Shown here in pieces: positions 41,236 through 52,819 of a stretch of DNA of 64,000 nt. This DNA comes from a virus. Lineage: Duplodnaviria; Caudoviricetes. The stretch is from positions 1-64,000 of IMG/VR virus record IMGVR_UViG_3300005077_000001. The stretch is one strand, 5' to 3'. Numbering within the stretch: position 1 is the stretch's first letter; the number at the start of each line of letters is the position of its first letter. Position numbers and translations under genes: made by a program. A model generated the notes under the pieces. It searched no databases and was not told where the DNA came from. It was given only the letters and a program-made list of their open reading frames with translations.

Positions 41236-41760
41236 TTAATCATCCTCTTTTAATTCAGAAATCATGTCTTCATATTGGTCTTTTCCTTGTAATTCCCAAT
41301 GTACGATTCTATGACAATTAGCACATAATAACTCACATTTTTTGAGTTCTAATCTTACTATATCCCAATCAGGATTTTGTAAAATTACAGAAATTTGATT
41401 TTCTTTATTATTTTCAATATGATGAAAGTCGTATACTGTTACAATATTACTAGATAAACCACATTTCTTACAAACTCCCCCCAATAACTTAATAGCAATG
41501 GTTTTATTTTTTATATAATCTAGTCTTCTTTTTTGATTAGAAGCATCTAAGCATATTCTGCATTTTGAAAACCCTTCCTCTGTTTTATTTTTTCCACAAA
41601 TAATACATATTCTTTTTTCTTTATTTGATTTTCTTCTTTTTATATTTTGCTTATTAGAACAATCTCTACACCAAGAATGATAACCTATATTTCCAATATG
41701 TCTTTTAGTAAAAGCCTCAATAGGTTTAACTTTTTTACATTTGGTACACTTCTTATTCAC
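41236..41760 (-). CDS. Zn-binding HNH-type endonuclease
   Basis: CTKC, LGGVCKKC, YDFHH, ELKKCELLCANCHRIVH. Confidence 0.85.
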   Translation of the reverse strand: MNKKCTKCKKVKPIEAFTKRHIGNIGYHSWCRDCSNKQNIKRRKSNKEKRICIICGKNKTEEGFSKCRICLDASNQKRRLDYIKNKTIAIKLLGGVCKKCGLSSNIVTVYDFHHIENNKENQISVILQNPDWDIVRLELKKCELLCANCHRIVHWELQGKDQYEDMISELKEDD

Positions 41761-42223
41761 TGGTCAACCTCAGAAATAATTTAGGCAACAGGCGACACTA
41801 TTGTAGTAGGCATTGCCGAAGAAGATTGAGGACAAGTAGTTACAGGTAGTTTTGGAATATTATTATACTGGTTTACCATGTTTTGCAATTGATTCTTCAT
41901 AGCATGAATCTGATTCTGAATTTGAATTACCATTTGTGTTTTTTGTAATTCTACTTGCTTCTCAATTTGGTCAATTTGACTTAACATCTGATTTGCTATT
42001 AAATGAACTTGGCTTGATATTTGAGTCGAAGTTTGGATAGCCACAGAATTATCTTTTGGTAACCCCGAAACAAAGGTATCAAAATCTGCCAATGCTTGAG
42101 TAATAATTGCTTTTGGGTCCGTATCTGACATTTTATTAACTCCTTCAATTTTATTGTACTACAATATTAACTAAGGAAGTTATAAATATAGGTTATTAAA
42201 ATTTAAGGGAAAGGAGATTTTTT

Positions 42224-43036
42224 ATGCTTAACAGGTTATGTAATAATAAGTGGGATAGTATTGATAAAGACGATTTAATTATTTTTTTACAATTACCAAA
42301 TACAGGAGGATTAGCATATTGCCAAGCATTAAATTTAGTTTATGAAGATGGGTATTCTAGAACAGACGATAATGGTTTTATAACAGAGTATGGTAAAGAT
42401 GGTATGAAAGCAATTGCTGGGAATTTTAGTCTAGGAAATAAGTTTTATACGAGCCTTAAAACCCCTTTTAATCATATTACTTTAATTAGGGAGCCTATTA
42501 AAAGATTTGTGTCAATGTATTATTCAATAATCACTGATGCTAACCATCAGTATTATGATATTGTTAAAGATTTGCCAATTGAGCAATTATGCTTAGATGA
42601 TTCTTTACATTACATTTACAGAAATAGCTTATTAATGGGTACTTTGCCTTCTGTATCTTTCCATAGCAAACCTTGTGGAGCTTTACAAAGAGCAAAATTT
42701 AATATAAATAATTTCTTTACCTTCTTTGGCTTATCAGAAAATTTTGAAGAATTTATAGATATATCTATACATAATTTAGATTGGCCTAAGGATTTAGATT
42801 ATTCATCCTTAAATACTATTTATGAAGGCCCCGCGCTTGAAGAATTAAACCCAAAAGCAATTTCAATTATTAGTGAACATTTAAAAAGAGATAGGGAAAT
42901 CTACGAATATGCTAAAACAATTTACGATGAAAGAAAAGAAATCTTGCTACCGGAAAAACCCACTATCGTAGATATGGCTCCAAAAGCTACAATTTGGCAA
43001 AAAGTAAAAAAAGTTTTATTTTGGAAAATATTTTGA
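42224..43036 (+). CDS. Sulfotransferase-like protein
   Basis: FLQLPNTGG (cf. FLHIPKTGG), TLIREPIKRFVSMY, FFGLSENFEE. Confidence 0.7.
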   Translation: MLNRLCNNKWDSIDKDDLIIFLQLPNTGGLAYCQALNLVYEDGYSRTDDNGFITEYGKDGMKAIAGNFSLGNKFYTSLKTPFNHITLIREPIKRFVSMYYSIITDANHQYYDIVKDLPIEQLCLDDSLHYIYRNSLLMGTLPSVSFHSKPCGALQRAKFNINNFFTFFGLSENFEEFIDISIHNLDWPKDLDYSSLNTIYEGPALEELNPKAISIISEHLKRDREIYEYAKTIYDERKEILLPEKPTIVDMAPKATIWQKVKKVLFWKIF

Positions 43037-43136
43037 AACATTTTCTAAAGTCAAGTGTCTCTTCTAATGTTAGGTCTTCGACCTGCATATACTAAACTAT
43101 GCTTAACCCAAAGAGGTTAACGCAACGGAGGAAAAA

Positions 43137-43661
43137 ATGAATAGAAGATCTGTGGATTTATATCCTGCTTTGTACAAGAATGAACTGTATGCTCCAATGA
43201 ATTCTTGGTTTGACCAAATGATGACTAGTTTCTTTCCAGAATTAAAGCCGTTTGATTTCAATACAATTAAATCTAGAGCATATCCTAAAGTAGATATAAG
43301 AAAACAAGATAAAGATATAATTGTAGAGGCATCTGTTCCTTTCCTAAAAAAAGAAAATTTGGATATTTCTTTAGATAGGAATATATTAATAATATCCGGG
43401 AAAATAGAAAGAAAGACAGAAGAAGAAAAACAAAACTATTATCATAGTGAGCTAACAAAATCTTCTTTTTCTCGTTCATTACCGATAGATATTGATTTAT
43501 TTGATAAGTGGGTTGATAAAGTTAAGAACCCAATAGATAATATAGATGCTTATTTAAAAGACGGAGTACTCACGATTTATTTGAAAGATATATTATCTTC
43601 CTGTTTGGAAGAGAAATCTCCTGTTTGCAGTAGTATCCCAATTAAAGAAATTGAGGAATAG
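43137..43661 (+). CDS. Hsp20 small heat-shock protein
   Basis: YPKVDI, SFSRSLP, A.LKDGVLTI alpha-crystallin motifs. Confidence 0.9.
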   Translation: MNRRSVDLYPALYKNELYAPMNSWFDQMMTSFFPELKPFDFNTIKSRAYPKVDIRKQDKDIIVEASVPFLKKENLDISLDRNILIISGKIERKTEEEKQNYYHSELTKSSFSRSLPIDIDLFDKWVDKVKNPIDNIDAYLKDGVLTIYLKDILSSCLEEKSPVCSSIPIKEIEE

Positions 43662-43664
43662 AAA

Positions 43665-43690
43665 GAAGGGGCTTTACGCCCCTTCATTTT
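43665..43690. terminator. Hairpin terminator between convergent genes
   Basis: GAAGGGGC/GCCCCTTC. Confidence 0.75.
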
Positions 43691-44066
43691 CTCATGACTT
43701 CATATACAGCCATCACCATTAAAAACGAAATGACTAAAGATACATATAGCAATATTGTCATCGATTCTCAATTAGGTTTCTAATTTTAGTAATCATTTCC
43801 TGCTGCATTTCACTCAGACTAGCTTCCAAATCCTTTTGGTCTGCAGTAAGGTCTTCCACTTTAATCCCTAGTTTTGTGTATTTATCTAAAGATTTTTCTA
43901 AGTCTGACCTGACTTCGGATAATTTAGACATAATCCTACCCATTGCTTCATAATAACTTACAAGTGTTTGTTCAAATGCTTTGTAATCTATTGCCATGTT
44001 TTCTCTACTTGCAACCTCCTTTGCCACCTTTACCACCACCTTTCTTATTAAAGATTGTCATTGTAA

Positions 44067-44615
44067 TCACCTCCCTTTTAATATTTCATCTAAAGTTACT
44101 AAACTATGAACATTTTCTAATGAATGGTCTTGTCTATCCACAATAGTCACAACATCAAATCTGTACGGTTTAGACTCATATACTGGTTGTATTAAATCTA
44201 TAGTTTCATTAACTGATGTTCCACTAGTTATCACATCATCTATAAGTATAATATGACCAGTTAAATCTCCTTCAATTTTATTACTAATTCCATGAGTTTT
44301 TTCTTTTTGTCTAATAACAGAAAAAGGTAATACTGAATTATATGCTACAACTGCTGCCAATGAAACTCCCATCGTAGGTATTCCTATAATTGTGGGTAAA
44401 TTTTTATAATTAGATATATCATAGCCCCTTGCTAAATTTACCACAATGTTGGATAGCCCTGCTATAACCATACTAAATAAACCCATACAATGCCCTATGC
44501 CTCGTAAATTAATATATACATCTGATGATTTTCCACTTTTCAATACAATTCCTTCTGGTTTGTTTAAGACTATATTATAATCATACAATGCCTGTATTAA
44601 AATATCTTTTTCCAT
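44067..44615 (-). CDS. pyrE: Orotate phosphoribosyltransferase-like
   Basis: LKSGKSSDVYINLR, RQKEKTHG, ILIDDVITSGTSV, VDRQ. Confidence 0.88.
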   Translation of the reverse strand: MEKDILIQALYDYNIVLNKPEGIVLKSGKSSDVYINLRGIGHCMGLFSMVIAGLSNIVVNLARGYDISNYKNLPTIIGIPTMGVSLAAVVAYNSVLPFSVIRQKEKTHGISNKIEGDLTGHIILIDDVITSGTSVNETIDLIQPVYESKPYRFDVVTIVDRQDHSLENVHSLVTLDEILKGR

Positions 44616-45268
44616 TATCTCCTCTCCGTTAAAATGTACATAAGTTTTTTTAATCCTGCTCCTACTTCTACTGTTTTTACGAAAGATTTAAATCTGTAGT
44701 GAATAGGTTTACTAACCATGAAAGGTACTGGGTCATATAATCTTTTTTTAATTATTAATTCAAAATGTAAATGTGGACCTGTGCTTTTACCAGAATTACC
44801 TACTGTGCCTATCATTTGTCCTTGCTCCACATTCTGTCCTTTTTTTACAAATACTTTATTCATATGAGCATAGTAAGTAAAAATGTCTCCGCCGTGGGAT
44901 AATAACACTGCATTACCATACCCAGACAGAAATTTGTGCCGCCCAGCGGCGGAAACGGTTCCGTCAGCGGCGGCTATGATGTAAGAATCAAAAGATGCTG
45001 CAATATCAACTCCTCTATGAAAGCCACCTTTTCTATATCCAAATGGTGAGCTAACTTCTCTACCACCTAAAGGATTCCATAAAACAAACTTTGTACTGTT
45101 CTCTTCTTTAAGCTTAGGTTTTGGTTTTTTGATATCAATAGATTCTTTTATTATCTTTTCTTTTTTTATTACTGGTGCTTTTATTGTACTTTTCTTAATA
45201 GTTTGAGTGTTATTTGCACACCCGCTTAATAGGATTAGCAGTATAATCAGAACTTTCCTCATGTTCAA
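44615..45268 (-). CDS. M23 peptidase with a lipoprotein signal
   Basis: LLSGC lipobox; HRGVD, YAHM, GKSTGPHLHFE. Confidence 0.92.
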   Translation of the reverse strand: MNMRKVLIILLILLSGCANNTQTIKKSTIKAPVIKKEKIIKESIDIKKPKPKLKEENSTKFVLWNPLGGREVSSPFGYRKGGFHRGVDIAASFDSYIIAAADGTVSAAGRHKFLSGYGNAVLLSHGGDIFTYYAHMNKVFVKKGQNVEQGQMIGTVGNSGKSTGPHLHFELIIKKRLYDPVPFMVSKPIHYRFKSFVKTVEVGAGLKKLMYILTERR

Positions 45269-46882
45269 TCCAAGCCAAGTGATTTAGTAACCTCAAAGTT
45301 CAAAGATTCTATTTGGTACAGAGGGTCGTCAATAATAATTTCCTTTTCCTTGTTATACTGTACTAATATTTTATTATCAGATAGAAGAACAAACCACTCA
45401 CCTAATTTTGTAGAATAATCTCCCGATACTTCTCTAGTCCATTCTATTTTTTTCTGTTTTGTATCATTAATCATCTGAGGGATTAAGGTAACCCACCGAT
45501 GACTAATCACATTACTTTCAAATGCATTCCAAGTTCTTTGTGTTAATAAGGCTTGTCTTATATAATGAATAGCTTTTTGTATACCTTCTGTATCTTTTGT
45601 TGTTTTTACTTCTACTTTGTAATCTGTGTCTAATGTAATACTCCAGAAAGGAGAAACATAAGTCCAGTCGGTAAATACGCTTAACTTATTATATAGATAA
45701 ATCCATAAAATGCTTGTCTCATGATAATCCTCTCTTATAGTAACATTTTCTTCTCCAAAAGACTCCTCAAACAATATTTTGATATTTTCTTTTATATCAA
45801 ATTGTTGAGCTAGCATTTATTTTATTTATCCTTTCTATGTCTTCTGCTAGTGTTATATACATAGATTCATAGATATTAGATTTATACTGTAATTCTAATA
45901 AGTCTCTTAATGCATCCAATTGTACATTATTTTCTTTTAATTCAAAAGATTCATTATTAAGATTATTTATGATTTTAAAATGGGTGGGCCATAAATTAAT
46001 ATTATAAACTCCCCAATCAGCGGTGTAATATTCTCCAGCTTTTTTCCATTGGATTGCATTATAATAGGTCATGTCCGTTAATTTTACAATAAATACTGTG
46101 CTAAGAACATCTATTATTTCTTTATCTACTTTTTCATTAGGTTTAAGCCCCCAGTCCCTATCTGAGGGCTTTTTAAATGCTAAGCTCATATATTCTTTTT
46201 GTTTAGACAGGTGGCACCTCGTTTATTTTTAATAGAGAAATAGCTTGTTTGTAATCAAATAATAATGCATTAATCAATGTTAACTTAGTCAACATTATAT
46301 CTTTCAGCTCATCCTTTTCCTCATTCATAGTTTCTGGCGCATTTACGTCAGTAATTATGATTGAACTATGCAAAAAAACTACATCAAAAATTGAATTATA
46401 TAATTCCCTCACAATTTCATTTGACCTGTCTATCAGCAAATCTCTATATTCTTTTTCCATCAGTTAACCTCGTCTTCCAAGTCTAATAAGATATCTAATG
46501 CTATTTCAAAATCTTTATAGTCTGGAGGAGTAATCCACCCTAATAGTTTTGAAATCAGAGAATGCTCCTTATAAACAACGCTCCCTAAACAATCGTAAGT
46601 ATCTGCATCAGCTAAATGTAAGTAATATTGCGTTTGTTGTTGGTCATCTATCTCTTCTACAATTTCAATATTATACCCTCCAAGTGTTGTCTCATAAACT
46701 AAGTTGTTCTCGTCTATGCAAGTAACCCACGTTATCCAATTTTTACGAGTTAGCTCTATTAGTCTTTTTATTAGTTCATCAACCTTGTTATCAAACGAGT
46801 ACATAATAAACCTCCGTTTAAAAGATTTCTCTTTTTACAATAAAGATTTGAACAGCATTACCTCCTTTTTATATTTTTAGTA

Positions 46883-47227
46883 TTATAAACCCCACTTCAT
46901 TTTTTTATCTTTGTCATCTTTTGGGGTAAACAGGCTTGGTATCTTATCAGATGAATTTATTTTTTTAGTAGTATTCTTTTTTATTACAGACATTTTATTC
47001 ATTATATCTCTATGCTGAATTGCCATTTCTTTTTTCATCTGAAGTAGGTTATCATTCATTATTTTTGAAATTCCACTAAGAGAATCAAATTCCGCTTTTT
47101 GTTCTGTGTGTATAGCCTCTAATTTATTATTAACTCTAGTAAAATCTTTATTATGAGAACACCCATTAACACTCAACAGAACTCCACATACAAGAATAAA
47201 TACCATAATAAGTTTACTAATACTCAT
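46883..47227 (-). CDS. Putative lipoprotein with coiled coil
   Basis: Hydrophobic leader ending SVNGC. Confidence 0.5.
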   Translation of the reverse strand: MSISKLIMVFILVCGVLLSVNGCSHNKDFTRVNNKLEAIHTEQKAEFDSLSGISKIMNDNLLQMKKEMAIQHRDIMNKMSVIKKNTTKKINSSDKIPSLFTPKDDKDKKMKWGL

Positions 47228-48164
47228 CTGTTTCTCCTTGGTAAGGATTAATTCTGAAGTCCATTAACATTGAGGTGCTTTTCTCTGGAAAATCTATTAA
47301 TCCTTTGGCTTTTTTTATTATCGCATTGTCAAGAGACAATAATAATTCCACAATTGGAATTAGTTCATTTATTGGTATGATTTTTTCTAGGATGGTATTC
47401 ACTTCATCTTCCATATCTTCTTCCGTCTTAACTTGGAACAAAACCCATACATACCTATTATTAGTAACAAAAATAGATAATTCTGAACAATTTCCGTTAT
47501 ACAAAAGTTTTATATAGCTATTACTATAGTTTTGCTGTTTAGATACTGGCTGTATTTTAAAATGATAGTAAAGTAAATCTTGTATAGTTACAGAAATATA
47601 ATTTAAATCAGTCCAGCTCATAATATGCTTCTTCTACCTCTCCCCAACTTCTACCGCAAGACTCACAATAATAAGTAAATATTAATCCATCCTTATCACT
47701 ATCAAATTCTGCACTAATATCATTAGAACCACAAGTTGGGCAGTATTCATCATCCATCAGAGTATCCTCCTACCACAAGTTATTAAATCTAAAACTAGTT
47801 TCAAGGTTAGTTTTAGACTCTAATTTTTCTATGACTACTTTAGGTTTTTCGATAGTAGTGGCGTACTTAGTATAAAATTTATTCCCAAAAAACCCTCCAA
47901 TAAAGAAAAGAGCATTCAGTAATATTAAAAAAGTCCATGCCGTACGTTTACTCATTCTTTTTCTCCTTATATATTATATATTATTTGTAGAAAGGAAGTT
48001 TTTTTACAACCCTCACAGGTTATAAAATATCCGTAAGCAGTATTATCAAACATGTTTTTAAAATAAGGAGCATAATTAGTTGTCAGTGCGTTGCACCTCG
48101 GGCATACGAAGTGTTCTTCTGCCTCTTGTATTTTATTTAAGTCCACCATTTTAATCACCTCCCT

Positions 48165-48323
48165 TTATATATATAAGTACTAAGGAAAAATATTTTGCAT
48201 CTTTAAAAAAAGTTTAAATTTTTTTTCATTAATAATTTAAATAACTAAAGTCATTTTTAGTCATTTAATCCTATCGTTAAGTCAGTATAAAAAAAATTTC
48301 CTTAGTACTTATTATTATAGAGG
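48165..48323. promoter_or_regulatory. Divergent promoter pair at the strand switch
   Basis: TAAGTACTAAGGAAA (-) at about 48174-48188 and TTTCCTTAGTACTTATTATTATAGAGG (+) at 48297-48323. Confidence 0.7.
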
Positions 48324-48725
48324 CGTTGGGGTCCATTTACTTAAGTCTTAGCTAAGACAAAGAGCACGGGGTTAAGAGATATGCTTTTACATAATCTTAA
48401 GGAAGATTACAGAAACCTTAATAAAGTATTAAATAAGACAAGAAGAAAATATGATAAAGCAACTCCACTTGAAAAGAAAAGACTTAATAAAAAAATAACT
48501 TCTTTAATTAATAAAATTTCTAAAGTAAGAAAAAAAATAAATGAACTTCAACCAAATAATACAATAGCTAATTATCCTATTATGAAAGACCCTTTAAAAC
48601 TAAAACCAGCAGGAAGCGATAGGGTTCTCCCAGATGGTTCCATACTAGAATTAAACAAAATACTTGATAAACTTAAGTATCTTACTGATAGTAGTATACT
48701 TCCAACTTCAAGTGGTATTTTATAA

Positions 48726-49640
48726 ATGTTATTATTGTTATGGAATAATAGATATATAGTTACAGGTCAAATAAATAATTTACGTTGGTATGACCCTATT
48801 ATTACTGCTCCACGAATATTAGTTGCAACAACTGGTGGGTTTGATATAATATGTCCTTTCTTTGCTAGATGTAATTCTTGCTATAAATCATTAAATATAA
48901 ATTGTAATTGTATTGATTTTTATGATAATAAAATTTTAATTGGAACAACTTCGTCTGGTTTGCTGTCTATAGATTGGGACATAATTAGTAATTATGGTGT
49001 ATGTAGTGCTGCTCCAGTTCAAGAATCTGTTTCAGTAGTTGATGGGATTACTGGAACTGATGTTTTATATTTATGTACCCAGTCAGATAAGCTTGGCATT
49101 ATTACAGATGTTGGTTTTGAATATTTAAACTCGCTAGATACTTTTGTTCTAGTACCTTCTTCTAATTACTCGTGTGGTTTTATTACTTCAGGTCAAAATC
49201 TAAATAGTAGAACTTATGTATGTGAAGATGATAAATTAAACATTTATAATGGTAATCTTCCTAATGTATGGTCCGGATGGCCTTACACTTTAAGTGGTTT
49301 TGGTTTAAATAATTTAACTCATATATGGGTTGAAGAGCACTCCTGTTATGATATTGTTTTTCTTGGAGGAGAACAAGGAACAGGTATAATAAAAATACCA
49401 CAAGAAGTGTACGATTATGAATATAGAAATATGACTGATGGGTTGGTTGGTTCAACTAAAGTTAAATCAATGTGCACTGAGTATGGAGCAGATATTAATT
49501 ATGGGCATTATTTTGTTTTGACTGAAGATAAGCTAAATTATATGAATATGCAATCAGACGGTTATCCTACTCCTTCTGGATGTTATGGAAATGATGAACT
49601 AGCACAATTTATTGAATTTGCTCGGCCAGGGCATAAATAA
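48726..49640 (+). CDS. Beta-rich, possibly propeller-like hypothetical protein
   Basis: Repeated short hydrophobic strands with GT/GG turns. Confidence 0.6.
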   Translation: MLLLLWNNRYIVTGQINNLRWYDPIITAPRILVATTGGFDIICPFFARCNSCYKSLNINCNCIDFYDNKILIGTTSSGLLSIDWDIISNYGVCSAAPVQESVSVVDGITGTDVLYLCTQSDKLGIITDVGFEYLNSLDTFVLVPSSNYSCGFITSGQNLNSRTYVCEDDKLNIYNGNLPNVWSGWPYTLSGFGLNNLTHIWVEEHSCYDIVFLGGEQGTGIIKIPQEVYDYEYRNMTDGLVGSTKVKSMCTEYGADINYGHYFVLTEDKLNYMNMQSDGYPTPSGCYGNDELAQFIEFARPGHK

Positions 49641-49674
49641 ATAATTAACTAACTATAAGAAAGTAGGAGAAAAA

Positions 49675-50004
49675 ATGGCAGATTTTAGAATAGGTGTAAA
49701 AGTAAAGCCATTAAATGGTAGGGTTTTAATTAGGATAATGGATGGAGAAAGAAAATCAACAGGAGGAATAATTATTCCAGAATCCCAAGCTAGTACATTT
49801 TCCATAGGAATAGTAGAAGAAATTAGTGATGGTAAAGAAGAAAATGGTTATATTTATGACCATAAGGTTCAAAAAGGAGATCAAGTAATCTTTCATACAA
49901 CTTCCGGTTATCCTATCAGCGTTGATGAAATCAATTATAAAATCATGCCAGAGTCAGATTTATTTGCAATTATAAAGGAGGAATTACTATGCCAAAGAAC
50001 ATAG
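49675..50004 (+). CDS. groES: Co-chaperonin GroES-like
   Basis: KPLNGRVLI, STGGIIIP, VQKGDQVIF, IMPESDLFAI. Confidence 0.92.
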   Translation: MADFRIGVKVKPLNGRVLIRIMDGERKSTGGIIIPESQASTFSIGIVEEISDGKEENGYIYDHKVQKGDQVIFHTTSGYPISVDEINYKIMPESDLFAIIKEELLCQRT

Positions 50005-50622
50005 ATGCAAAAGGAGTAAAAGGAGAGCAGTTTATATTGCTAGATCCAGGTTCAACTATTAATAAAGCAGGAGTTAAGATGGGAAATCCCAAGACTTGGG
50101 GGTCAGTCAAGTCAAAACAACAACAATCAAATCAATATAATCAGATTATTTTGAGATTGATGGATGAACTTGCTACACAAACTAAGAAAGGTATTGAGGT
50201 TAAACGCTCATAAGAAAGGAATAAAACTATGTTAGTTGCCGAATACAAAATCATTCCAAAATCAGGGAATGTAAAAAAGCTATATGATGCTATGCTTGAT
50301 GGTAAGATAGAAGATCTAATTTTAGATGGTGGAGTTACTAAAGAGTATGTTGTTAAATATTTAACCAGTAAGAGAGACAGTGTTTGTGAGTATACTGTTA
50401 CAATAGAAAACGAAGAGCCTGTCGTACTAGAATTTGTTGCTGAATCAAGAGATGACGTGAAATTTCTATTGGAAATGTTTGAAACCAAAGATGTGGATGA
50501 ACTTCCTGTTAATCCAATTCCTATCGAATTTATTAAGGGTTACTTGGAAGGAAACAGAGATAGCTTGTTGTCTTTAAAACTTGGGAAAATGGATAAGGAT
50601 GAAAAATTAGAAGAGGAATAGA

Positions 50623-51195
50623 ATGACAAATAAACCACTTAGTGACCAAATTTATTACCCTATTACTGTGGGTTTAAATAATGGACCTCCTTCAACAGAT
50701 CCACATTTGGAAAAACAAAGAGAGTGGGATATTTTTTTTATGGGGGCGGCTAAATACATATCTACACATTCAAAGTGTTTAAGTAGAAAAATCGGTTCTG
50801 TAGCAGTAATAGATAAAATGATAGTCGCAGAAGGCTACAACGGTCCTCCTAGAGGAGTCCCTGTTTGTAGTACAAGAAATATGCCTCCAAATAATATTTG
50901 CCCTAGAAAGGCGTTGGGACTTAAAAGTGGAGAAGGATTAGATCTTTGTTTGGCAGAGCATAGCGAAAGCAATATTCTTGCTTCTGCTGCACGATTAGGT
51001 ATTAAATTAAAAGATTCTAGTATTTATATTTATGCTAACATAGGGCCTTGCCATCGTTGTTTAGGCTCTATGATTAATGCTGGGATTAAAGAAATTATAA
51101 TTCCTGAATGTGCAGTTTCTTATGATAACTTATCAGACTATATATTAAAATATAGTGATATAATAATAAGGCGAATACCGTATGAAGTTACCTAA
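50623..51195 (+). CDS. dCMP deaminase
   Basis: S.CLSRKIG, GYNGPPRG, HSESN, PCHRC. Confidence 0.92.
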   Translation: MTNKPLSDQIYYPITVGLNNGPPSTDPHLEKQREWDIFFMGAAKYISTHSKCLSRKIGSVAVIDKMIVAEGYNGPPRGVPVCSTRNMPPNNICPRKALGLKSGEGLDLCLAEHSESNILASAARLGIKLKDSSIYIYANIGPCHRCLGSMINAGIKEIIIPECAVSYDNLSDYILKYSDIIIRRIPYEVT

Positions 51196-51385
51196 AGAAT
51201 CTTTATTGGGGTCTATCACCGTAAATAAAGAAAAGGATGGTTCTAAAAGATATATCCCTATAGAATATTTATGTAGGAATTGTGGAGAAAAGATTGAATT
51301 AAAAAGAAAATCTTTAGATTCATTTTTTTATGAATGCTCTAATTGTGGCTTTAAAGAGGATGTAAACTTAAGGTAAGGAGAGATT

Positions 51386-51808
51386 ATGTCAAAAATATTA
51401 TACTTAACTTCTACTAAAGAATCAATTGCAGAATTAAAAAGTTATATTGCTAGAGAATCTGATATGGAAATTCTTCCTGAATTTTCCTCAGGGGCTATAA
51501 TGCCAAAATTAATGGAAAAATTTGCTGATGTACTGCTTATTTCTGATTCTGTATTCAAAGAAAAAACTGCTGATTTTGTTAGGACTTTAAGACAAGGATT
51601 ACCCTGGTATTTACAAATACCTATTATTGTTATTGCTGATTCTGACACAATGACAGAAACTAGAACAGCGGAATTGTATACCGCAGGTGCTAATTATGTT
51701 AGACTACTAAAAACAGACGCTCGGGTTTTTTGGTCTATAGTAAGAGGCCAGATTGATTATACTGATTTATTAAAAAGTAATAATAGAATGGCCATGAGGC
51801 ACATTTAA
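51386..51808 (+). CDS. Receiver-like domain protein
   Basis: KILYL, DVLLISD, IPIIVI, AGANY..LK. Confidence 0.65.
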   Translation: MSKILYLTSTKESIAELKSYIARESDMEILPEFSSGAIMPKLMEKFADVLLISDSVFKEKTADFVRTLRQGLPWYLQIPIIVIADSDTMTETRTAELYTAGANYVRLLKTDARVFWSIVRGQIDYTDLLKSNNRMAMRHI

Positions 51809-52065
51809 TTTAAAGGATAAGATAGGAGTATTAATATGAGTAAATTAAATGCTAAAGTTGGAGATTTATTTCTAATTCCTTTGTATGAAGAAAAAAGAAA
51901 AAAGCTAGAAGATTTAATGAAAATGGATATTAAAAAAAACCCTAATAATTTTTCTAAACGATCATGGGATATAATATTTCAAACTTTGGAGTTTGTTTTC
52001 AATAATACTCCTATTTCTATTTACCATAACAATAAAACAAAACCTAAAAAAGAAAGGAAATAAAG

Positions 52066-52623
52066 TTGGAAGATAAAGAATTTGGTGCTGGTAGAAGCAA
52101 AGTCATTGATCAGTTTCTACATGATAGGCTTTCAGAACGTCATTTCAAATTTTGGATGGATTATACTTCGCAATTTCCTCTACCGTTTCACAGACCTTCA
52201 AGTTCTACTGGAAAATACCATTTAGATAAAGATGGAAAAGGTCATACCATTGAAGAACACACTTTAGAACTTTTACAGTTTATTGATAAAACAGCAGTTG
52301 TTTTTGGTGATAGTAAAAAAGAACAAAATTATGACATTCTATTATTAGCAGCAGCATTACATGATTGCCAAAAGTATGGTGTCGCTTGTCAAAGAACTCA
52401 TACTGATAAAGAACATGGTTCTATTACAGCTAGAGGTATTTTAAAAGTAGGTACATCATTTGGACTAAGTGAAATGGAAAGTAAAATGTTAAGTCGTTTG
52501 GTTGAAATACATTCAGGTCGTTGGTCTACTTGTCCAGTTGATATTATGGAATTTCATCCTTTAGAATTATACATACATATAGCAGATTTTTCTTCATCTC
52601 GTCGTATATTAAAGTTTGATTAA
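52066..52623 (+). CDS. HD-domain phosphohydrolase
   Basis: SSTGKYH, HT, AALHDCQKYG, HSGRW, HIAD. Confidence 0.85.
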   Translation: MEDKEFGAGRSKVIDQFLHDRLSERHFKFWMDYTSQFPLPFHRPSSSTGKYHLDKDGKGHTIEEHTLELLQFIDKTAVVFGDSKKEQNYDILLLAAALHDCQKYGVACQRTHTDKEHGSITARGILKVGTSFGLSEMESKMLSRLVEIHSGRWSTCPVDIMEFHPLELYIHIADFSSSRRILKFD

Positions 52624-52819
52624 AGAGATTTATTATGGGAAAAAAATCAACATATGAACAAAGAAAACAAATTGTGGATTTATATCTAAATGGATATTCT
52701 GCTAGAGAAGCATTGGATTTAGTAGAATTGTATGTGAAAAAGCTCTAAAAGAATTTGGATTTGAAAATAGAAATACTTTTAAACGTTTTCCATTAGAAAT
52801 AGAAAATAAGATTATATCT

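Larger units (their letters stand above)
32095..42131 (-). other. Second run of small minus-strand hypothetical genes
   Basis: Tightly packed ORFs of 60-210 aa. Confidence 0.75.
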
